Below, one piece after another: positions 33,920 to 42,544 of a stretch of DNA of 42,544 nucleotides. The notes under the pieces are model-generated. The model ran no database searches. It was not told the DNA's origin and worked only from the letters and a program-made list of their open reading frames with translations. The stretch comes from Octopus sinensis (taxonomy: Eukaryota). The DNA lies in assembly GCF_006345805.1 (NCBI RefSeq), contig NW_021835124.1:1-42544 (forward strand), written 5' to 3'. The translations under genes were made by a program, and so were the position numbers. Position 1 is the first letter of the stretch; each line of letters starts with the position of its first letter.

Positions 33920-34436
33920 ATCATTCATTCATTGTTCGACCGTGGTCGAGACAATGGAATTTACTATGTTACGCCAGACTTCACGGTCCATCATAGCATT
34001 ACGGAGGTCCTGTTGCTGGATGCCTGTATCCCTGGAGATTACATCAGGGTAGGAGAGTGTGCGCCCTCTGGTATTGCGAGGAGATGGCTTCCAGAGGAGA
34101 AGAGTAGAAATTACCTCTTTTTCAGCTCTAGAACAATGTCCAGCAAACTGGACTCTCCTACCTTTCACAAGAGATGACACAGGTGGTAATTTCCCATATA
34201 TTTGCATTTTGGTTGGATGACGCTTCCACGAGAGATTTTGAGCTCTCATAAGGAGGCAAGTGTAGGTTCCATCCAACCGCCTCTCAAGCTTCTTTGATAA
34301 CGTCCAGGTTTCTGAGCCATGTAGTAGAATTGGTTCGACTGTGGCTTTGAATATTTCAAGTTTGAAGTCTCTACTTAGATTTGATGACCAGATCTTATGC
34401 ATGTCATTACAGGCTGACCAGGCCATACCCTTTCAT
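33920..34436 (-). mobile_element. RTE-clade LINE 3' fragment (165-aa C-terminal ORF 33929-34426)
   Basis: FKATVEPILLHGSETWTL..RRVQFAGHC..DREVWRNIV; TGA-type tail. Confidence 0.92.
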
Positions 34437-34683
34437 ATTTTTTACACTGTGATGTAACTCTTTGGAATAACAATTGCATGCGGCTGAAGAGAGCTTTAAA
34501 CAATCTTTTATATCTATTATACACTGATGTAAGAACAGGTCGTTTATAAAGCTTGAAACACGTGTACCGCGACATCCTTTGTGTTCTGTTTTTACTTGAT
34601 ATATATACTTTCTCCCCTCAGCCACTAGCTGGCGTATACAGGTGCTTACACTTATCACATATTCACCCTAAATTTGCAGTATC

Positions 34684-34734
<51 letters not shown>

Positions 34735-34752
34735 TAGATAGATAGATAGATA

Positions 34753-35064
34753 CATCACCGTGATCACCGTGACCGCCCAGGCTATCAGATGTTGCTACAC
34801 ATCGCTGGTCACAATGCGTTTCGCATTGTTTTAGCCTTTAAATGATGCCACCCTGCTGGCTAAGCGAGCAGGCCAACAGAAGAAAGAGTGAGAGAAAGTT
34901 GTGGCGAAAGAGTACAGCAGGGATTGCCACACCCCCTGCCGGACCTTCGTGGAGCCTTAGGTGTTTTCGCTCAATAAACACTCACAATGCTTAGTCTAGG
35001 AATCGAAACCGTGATCCTATGACCGCGAGTCCGCTGCCCTAACCACTGGGCCATTGCGCCTCCA
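34753..35064 (-). mobile_element. SINE family D, full length, tail type 3
   Basis: tRNA-like head at 34995-35064, central domain, tail abutting (TA)n(GATA)n. Confidence 0.9.
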
Positions 35065-36976
35065 CACACACACATATATATATATATATATGATATTTAC
35101 CATGTGAACTACAATGGAAAAAATATGAGAAAGATACGGCATATAATTTTTTTTTTTTTGCTGCAGGGATTCCTTGGGATGCGCAAGGGTAAAAAGGTTG
35201 AGAAACACTGGGTATTGTGTTATTTTATTGAGGGACGATTGTTTAGACTATGTTATGCGTTTTGTGCTCATTAGTAGACCGTGATTGTGTAAATAGATAT
35301 ACAGGTATTTTCAAAGTACCCTGCATAGTTACAAAGATGTCCTTCGGCAAGGCATCGCACTCGCTCGGCTACCTCGCCAGGGATATGCCAAAGTCTTGGA
35401 ACTATTGAGTGGCTGATCGTGAGGCGGCGGTGGAATAGCTCAAATGAACCAACAGTGCCGAGCACAGAAATCCTAGAAGGCAAACGGTCAGGATCACCAA
35501 ACTCCATCAAAAGAGTAACTGCAAATCATCCATAGGGGTAGCGTCCATGGTTGTATTATCGGCTAATGAAAGATTCATTGAAAATTAAGCTCCTAATACA
35601 AATTCATAATAGAATTATTGGGACAGAGATCACGGGAATCTGTGCAAGCAACGCTACCAGATGATGGATGATGATGATGATGATGATGATTGTGTTAAGT
35701 ATGTGTTATGTTGACTATGTTATTGAGCAGGCAGTGTACTGCAGGAGTTGTGCAACTGAAGTGAATGTCACGTGTTAAATGTTTTTACAACTCCGTGTGC
35801 TGTTACAGACTGTGATAAGTTTTCTTTAAATTTTGTTCACCTTATTCCTTATATATATGGAATTATATATATATGGAATTATATATATATATATATATAC
35901 AGACACGCAGGAAGTAAATAAACACCTTTAATTTTCAAAATTCTGTTCTAATATACTTTCTACTTTCATGGTACTCCTTATATATATATTTCATTTTTAT
36001 GTTTATAGTCATATTTGTATATTTCTATATTCTTAGTATGTAACTCTTAACATAAATATGTGGATTTTTGCAGTGTCTTAAGTATTTAGGTACTTCTCTT
36101 AACACACATACCAAAGTTTTGCTTATTTTAATTCAGGTTCCATGTCCTTTAAGAGTTTCTCGAATTCCTTGCGTACGGCATTTTTAATTAAAAGTTATCT
36201 TTTACCCGAGAAATAATTTCGCGTTATTTTTTTATGATTATATCTCGACTTTTCGCCTTGATCTCCTTGTCGAATTGGCGCTTGTGCCCTTGATGGCTGA
36301 AGTCGTTATTTGGCACGATGTTTGTAAGATGTTTTTACTACTTACCAATTTTCACGTCAAAAAGTCAACATATTGCAGAGTGATGCAGACTCAATCATCC
36401 AGTCATCATTGTAGATATCCTTTGATAATTCCACGAATAGGCAGCCAGACATCATGTGCTCGATTTTTTTCTGTAATTATTACAAAAATTAGCTACATCT
36501 TAATATATGCCGAAATTTACAAAGCGTGTATATGGCCTTCTTAAACTGGATATTATTTCCCGCCACAAATTTGATACCATTGTGATCATCACACGAACGC
36601 CGCACTATATTGATTCCGTAAACTGTCGTAGTATCGTGCTCTTTTTTTAAAAAAATAAGTATTCATTATCTATTTTTTCTTGGTTGCATTTAACTATTCT
36701 CAAAGTATTTATTAAATGGATTTTTTTCCAATCCTTCATGCTCTGGTTATCTCTGTTTTCAGATACTTATATATGGATATTTCTACTTCGTTTATGATAT
36801 ATATTGTCGTTTGTTGGAAGTAAATTATTGGATAACAATAATCTATTTTGATAATATTATCAGGTTGATTTAGCTGCCTCTATGAACTGTTATATCATAG
36901 ATAACGTTTCACTTCCTAATTCTTAGAGATCATTTTCTGGTTGGTGTACAATGAAGCCACCTTTTTCAGCTGATGT

Positions 36977-37125
36977 CGGAGAGGGGTTAAGTCGATTACA
37001 TCGACCCCAATGCTCAACTGGATAAAATATGTACCTCAAGAGCAAAGGGGGTGGGGCTGCTGATGTAATCGACTTAAACCTCTCCGAAAAAATGCTGGCC
37101 TTGTGCCCTAATTTGAAACCGAATA
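36977..37125. mobile_element. Two SINE B' 3' fragments in opposite orientation
   Basis: Arms 36977-37002 and 37062-37086 are reverse complements apart from 1 mismatch and 1 indel. Confidence 0.75.
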
Positions 37126-37718
37126 TTTCAAATAGCTGGCTCCAACTTTCTGTAAATGTATTCTCACTTGTCTAGGAAGAACCAAAAAAAGACATATGGG
37201 TTATTTATATTTTCAGAGCCACACATTTAGCGTTTGATATATTTTGCCTCCTTACATACTTTTGCGAGTTTTTCTGCATTCAGAATTTCTCCTGTATCAG
37301 TACTGAGCCCTAGTATCTACACAGTACTGAGACTTTTGCTCATCTATTTTTTATTCTGTTTTCCATTACATTTTCCCTTTTTTTTTAAAATATAGTACAG
37401 TACAAAATACCTCTACCTCATTGTAGTCGTGGTAAATATAATAAAATTGCATTGTTAAATATTGGTAAGGTGTAAACCAAATGCAGTCGTAAATTTTTCT
37501 TGTGTCCAGTCTTACCAATTCAAGTAACTACCAGATGACAAATTTATAAACATAACTTATTAAGTTGACAGCTACAGAATTGATGTCTAGTACCTCATTT
37601 CGCTATTTTAAATATTAATATGATGCGTCTATATTTCTTCTTAGACTGTAATCTGATTTTTCTTTGTGTTGCAGCTGCTCTTCCTTTCACTATTGTTCCT
37701 TTATTATTATTATTTGAT

Positions 37719-37920
37719 CTGACAGAATCGTTAGCACCGGACAAAATTCTGAGCAGCATCTCACCCGACGCTGCGTTCTTAGTTCAAATACTACCGTGGT
37801 CGACTTTGCCTTTCATCCTTTCGGGATCGCTAGATTAAATACCAGTGAAACACTGGGGTCGATGTAATTGAATAGTCCAGTCCCCCAAAATTTCAAGCAT
37901 TGTGCCTTAATAGAAAGGAT
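37719..37920 (+). mobile_element. SINE family B'
   Basis: 'cagaatcgttagcacc...ggtcgactttgcctttcatcc...agaaaggat' followed by (CAT)n. Confidence 0.85.
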
Positions 37921-38334
37921 CATCATCATCACCATCATCATCTGTTTTGAAGTTCTGGGTTATTGTGGTTCCTTCCTGCAGCAGAGAGACGATTCCCATC
38001 CCTCAACACATGCGCTGTTACGAATATAGCTGCTGTGTGCTTCCAATGATGTCTACTGGTTCCAACCTCTCTTCCCAGATTTTTTTTCAATATTATTATT
38101 CTTTAAGATTATTCCGATTGCACCAGTCTCCATAGGAATCATTCTCAGTCTTGTGACTCAACTTCAAATACCAAATCTTGATATCTTTCGACTTTCTCAT
38201 TATTTTTCTTCACAATGTTCTCATTTGTAGCTGCTACTACGCAAATTAAGATGCTTTTTTTTCTTTCCTTTTTTTTTTTTTTGGTCTCTTTCTTTAGACG
38301 AATTATATCTGGTTGATTATGTTACAGATTCTTA

Positions 38335-38565
38335 GGCGGCGAGCTGGCAGAAACGTTAGCACGCCGGGCGAAATGCGTCGCCGTATTTCGTCTGCCGTTA
38401 CGTTCTGAGTTCAAATTCCGCCGAGGTCCACTTTGCCTTTCATCCTTTCGGGGTCGATGAATTAAGTACCAGTTACGCACTGGGGTCGATGTAATCGACT
38501 TAATACCTTTGTCTGTCCTTGTTTGTGCCCTCTGTATTTAGCCCCTTGTGGGTAGTAAAGAAATA
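38335..38565 (+). mobile_element. SINE family B, young full-length copy
   Basis: Perfect 17-bp TSD 'tatgttacagattctta' at 38318-38334 and 38566-38582. Confidence 0.95.
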
Positions 38566-38666
38566 TATGTTACAGATTCTTATATGCGTATCTCACGTGA
38601 GTTTCACTTGATCATTTTCTGCCAGTGGCAAGGATTAGTGTTCATACATGTTGCTAAATTCTAGAT

Positions 38667-39004
38667 CAGCGGTTCTCAACCGGGTTCCATATGAGGGTTC
38701 ATATAAGCTTTGGGGTGGAGTCCACGCAACAAAATAGTAAAATAGGCATCCGCGATAGCATTCTAAGGGACCCTGAAAATATTTTGCTTTAGATGTATGT
38801 ATTTATTACAAGAAATAGTTAGGTTTCTTTCTGTAATATTTTATATAGTTCAACTTACACAAGTTAATGTGGAAAAAACAAAATAGGAATTTTGAAATAA
38901 GTGTCTACAAAACTTGTCTTTAAACATTGAGTGGCTATGGGAGCCATCAGAATAAAATAGTAATCAAAGGGATCCATATATTAAAAAATGGTTGAGAACC
39001 CCTG
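38667..39004. mobile_element. hAT (Charlie-like) MITE
   Basis: TIRs cagcggttctcaacc / ggttgagaacccctg (14/15); left flank ttctagat fits the Charlie-type target; no intact TSD. Confidence 0.75.
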
Positions 39005-39122
39005 CCGTGACCGTACCATCTCCACTTCCTCCAGTGTGTCTGTTGTACAACTTTGTCATGGATTCTGTACTCCTTCTGTTTCAGTTTTGAACATCCACTA
39101 ACTTCGTGTTTGACTCTTACAG

Positions 39123-39242
39123 ATGAGTTTCCATTGGACTAAATGCCATTCTGTTGTGTCTGAAAGCAACCATTGAAAAGGTTGCAAGACGCAACGAAAA
39201 TCATAAGAAAATACAAATGAAGAATAAGTGGAAATTTTACCG
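39123..39242 (+). other. Candidate spliced host exon (120 nt)
   Basis: Branch-like CACTAAC, pyrimidine tract and 'ttacAG' upstream; 'CG|GTGAGT' donor; no through-reading frame. Confidence 0.35.
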
Positions 39243-39565
39243 GTGAGTGTGTTACATTAGAAGGCACAAAAAGAAAATGACTCTACCCAGACACAACAGA
39301 ATATGCTTCAATACACGAACTCATATAAAGAATCTTGCAAACCAAATCCAAAAACGAAATAAACGCCATTCGGTATTTGTTTCGGTTCATTACAATCTAA
39401 GTACAAATCCTGACACGGTTAACTTTTACCTTTTTTTTCTCTGGAGTTAATAAAAACGAACAGTCAGACCAGTTCTGGGATTGGTTTCATTGATTGCATC
39501 TCTTCCCACCATATTTATGACTATGTGGCCCTTTTTTTCTCTATTATTAGTGTAATTGTTGTTAA

Positions 39566-39916
39566 GGCGGCGAGTTGGCAGAATCATTACCGCGCCTGGG
39601 AAAACGCCTAGCGACATATCGTCCGTCTTTACGTTCTGAGTTCAAATTACGCCAAGGTCAAATTCACCTTTCATCCTTCTGGAGGTCAATAAAATAAGTA
39701 CCAGTAGTTCACTGCGGTCGGTGTAATTGAATTACTCCCGACCCTGAAATTGCTGGCTTTGTACCAAAATTTGAAATTCATATAAAATTAATTATTGTTG
39801 TTAAGACGATGAGGAAATTTACCTTTCGGGGTCAAAAACTTAGGTTACCAATTGAGCACTGGAGTCGATGTAATCGACTTTTTCCTTCCCTCGAAATTAC
39901 TGACTTTGAAACCAAT
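39566..39916 (+). mobile_element. SINE family B' plus an internally deleted tandem duplicate
   Basis: 'ttgttgttaaggcggcgag' is repeated as 'ttgttgttaagacgatgag' at ~39795; both end '...gaaa(t/c)..at'. Confidence 0.75.
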
Positions 39917-40354
39917 ATAATTGTTGTTGTTTTCTCGTTGTTAATTAAAATAGCATTTCTTTTCATAAAGAGTGATTTTAAACAAATAAATAAATAGAAA
40001 AATTCAAGCGACTCTCAGAGTTAACCAACAGCAAATCCCAGCATCAAAATATTAATGAATATTATTTACGCCGTAAGAATTTAGAAACTCCGAGAGATTT
40101 GAAATTGGTTCATTTAAGAATGAGGAATTCGAAGTAAATACAGCTATAAATAATATCATGTAAATATTTGGCTAAGAACACTTTTATATAGAAAAAAAGT
40201 TCTACCATCAGCCTTCGACGTTTATGTCCAAAAGGGTTTTGTAATCCAATATACGTACGCTTTTCTTTACAGCTGTATCTACTTCGAGTTGCACATTTAA
40301 AAACGAATAATTAATTATTTCGTTTACCCTCCTCCTCCTTTTACACCACCTCCG

Positions 40355-40465
40355 ACTACTACTACTGTAGCTACTGCTATTGCTGCTACTACTACTACTA
40401 CTACTACTACTGTTGCTGCTGCTACTACCACTACTACTACTGCTGCTACTACTACTACTACTAGT
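40355..40465. repeat. (CTA)n/(CTG)n microsatellite
   Basis: Seen directly. Confidence 0.95.
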
Positions 40466-40874
40466 TCGTTGAGAAGACAAAGTAAGTTTTGAAACTACCT
40501 GATTCTTTCTTTGTTATAGAGTTGACAAGTTTTAAGAAATTTTAAACCAACTTAATCATTCATGCTCCCTCCTTTGTTTTGTTTTGTTTTGTTTTTTTAT
40601 CTTTACAGCCTCATCTCTGTTTAGAAGCCATACATGTACGTGACATTTTTCAAATGTTTGAAAAGAGTGAACCCCACAATACAAAAAATTCACTCAATAC
40701 AGTGTTAACCCGAACGACAAATGAAAATCAACTGCCGGCAAAAACAAATACTAAACCATCCGATATGCTTCCGCGCAGTTTACCGCACAAACTTCACTCA
40801 CAACGTTTCGGTAAATTCGATGCTTATTTTACAAAAAAAAAAAAAAGAAAAAAAGAGGAATATTTAATTGCACT

Positions 40875-40945
40875 AGGTAGAGCGCAGCGAAATCGAACCT
40901 AAACTGCTTGCACGTTACACACAACCGCTCGGCCAACGCTGCTTT
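40875..40945 (-). mobile_element. Degenerate tRNA-derived SINE head
   Basis: Reverse strand 'gttggccgagcgg...aggttcgatttc' A/B boxes. Confidence 0.45.
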
Positions 40946-41628
40946 AAAATGTGGCTCGTGATGCGAGTAATCTTATATGAAGAGACGTTTAGACGTTAAT
41001 ATGGTGTTTGAGGTTTATTGAGACGGAGTGTTCACTAATTAGTAATCGTGTACGTGGTTCCAAGTAATGTTTCAAAGATTACTTCCTTTCAAAATCCTTA
41101 ATTAGAATTCGTTTCCATTTTCTTTGCTTCTTTTGTGATTGAAGGATTTGATGGAAAGATGAATTTTTCTAATTAAGATTTAGAATTAGCGTTAATTTTT
41201 CTGGCTTCTCTGGGTTTTTTCTGTTTTTTTTTTTTTAGATATTTATTTGTATTAATGTTTAATCCTGACACAGCAAACATTATCCAAGGCGTTGTTCCCA
41301 TGACCATCTCGTTTATTTAAACATGTTTCCATAGCTACATTGTCTCGTGTATAGTTTATTGTTGTTGTTGTTGTTGTTACTGTTGCTGTTGTTGTTTAAC
41401 CACATGATAGTCCTGGTCCAATTGGCTTATAATCAAAGGTGTTCTAGACGCGACCATGCCTTCTAGCACTATGGTTCAAGGTGGTTAGAAAAACCTTAGC
41501 TACTATTTCTAGCATGTGAAATGACCGCATACAGTTTCTGTCATTCGTTTCCTTTTTTATTCAATAGTAGTTTTTATTCAATCGGTGTCCCTTCTACTAA
41601 TATTGTTGACGTCTTGCAAAAACCTGAA

Positions 41629-41688
<60 letters not shown>

Positions 41689-42233
41689 GAGTGAGAGAGC
41701 AGTGCATGCCATCAAAGTGACACTGGGGTAAAATATACGAAGCCCAGTATACCCATCATGACTACCCGTCTCATAAGGGTACACCAGGCACATGCATCAC
41801 AACCATATGTGCGCGACATGATGATCTCATATCAAGATAAACAGCACGTGACCTTGCAGGTGGGGCCCAGTTACAATTTTCTTCTGGTCGAGTAACCCAT
41901 CCTGCTCAAAAGGGTTGTTTAAAGATGTTGAACGAACCACCCATGTTTCCAAAGGTGAATTATTCAAACCCCAAAGAATTCCTCTCAACACATAGCTATG
42001 ATGCTCCCCCACTGCTTCTGCTCGTGATCAGAGATGCACATATCGTCAGCCACTAAGGGACATGCTCAACTGGTTATGGTCAAACAACTGACAAGCAAAT
42101 CTGTGGTATTGAGCAGAATATTTGATGTTAGTCCATCTTTTATACCAAGACAAAACAACGTATAATTTAACACTTCCAATCAGTTAAGATCAGAAGCCAT
42201 GATAGCCACTGCTTGGTACTGCATCAGAACATT
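41689..42233 (-). mobile_element. Element E, full length, inside (AAT)n
   Basis: Reverse complement of 17092-17634; (ATT)n at 41630-41688 and 42290-42345. Confidence 0.92.
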
Positions 42234-42234
42234 A

Positions 42235-42289
42235 GGAGATTTCACCGAGACTCGAACTCGGATCGCTGGATTCAAAGTCCAGAGTGCTA
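42235..42289 (-). pseudogene. 3' two-thirds of tRNA-Gln(TTG) fused to the 5' end of element E
   Basis: Minus strand TAGCACTCTGGAC-TTTGAA-TCCAGCGATCCGAGTTCGAGTCTCGGTGAAATCT-CC: metazoan tRNA-Gln anticodon arm and T arm. Confidence 0.85.
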
Positions 42290-42294
42290 TATTA

Positions 42295-42346
<52 letters not shown>

Positions 42347-42349
42347 GTT

Positions 42350-42382
<33 letters not shown>

Positions 42383-42544
42383 ATTTTAAAAGGATTGAGG
42401 TAATTCTTCACAAAGGTAAGAAAACTCGCAGCTTATTTTGCTGGGCATGATGGAAAATGTCTGCCATCCACAACCAGCACCTGTTTACTGGTTTACCTGC
42501 GGAGAATTCTTGTAGTTCCAACCCGCGATGATTGGTTTTGTGTG

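Noticed and set aside
36100-36640. Decayed coding fragment on the minus strand (..KNAVRKEFEKLLKDMEPELK..)
   Set aside because: Stops in every frame and no family motif I can name
40440-40490. Exon ending at a GTAAGT donor (40481)
   Set aside because: Upstream sequence is a (CTA)n tract with no credible acceptor
1-42544. Prokaryotic or viral gene system (defence island, operon, endogenous virus)
   Set aside because: No gene-dense region; every recognisable coding stretch is a eukaryotic transposable-element fragment

Overview
This is eukaryotic, AT-rich, repeat-saturated DNA. The SINE families, microsatellite load and LINE mix point to a coleoid cephalopod, probably octopus (inference, not verified by search). 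I recognise no intact host gene, only one candidate spliced exon (39123-39242); most ORF-track entries are microsatellite artefacts. The window holds about 25 tRNA-derived SINE copies or fragments (working labels A-D), fragments of RLE-type (R4/Dong-like), RTE, CR1-like and Penelope retroelements, a full-length mariner with a 323-codon transposase ORF, hAT-type MITEs, a 28-bp x ~38 minisatellite and a local ~260-290-bp repeat family. The best lead is an apparent (AAT)n-targeted retrotransposition system. An R4/Dong-like LINE and a ~600-nt non-coding passenger ('element E', no tRNA head) insert in one orientation into (AAT)n. They leave 5' tandem 'stutter' duplications and form chimeras, including one with a tRNA-Gln 3' fragment that may retain part of the CCA end. 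Other leads are minimal hammerhead-ribozyme motifs at Penelope-like termini, a 38-bp mariner filler inside a LINE deletion, and a minisatellite born from a LINE endonuclease coding strand. Family names are my working labels; no database search was possible.
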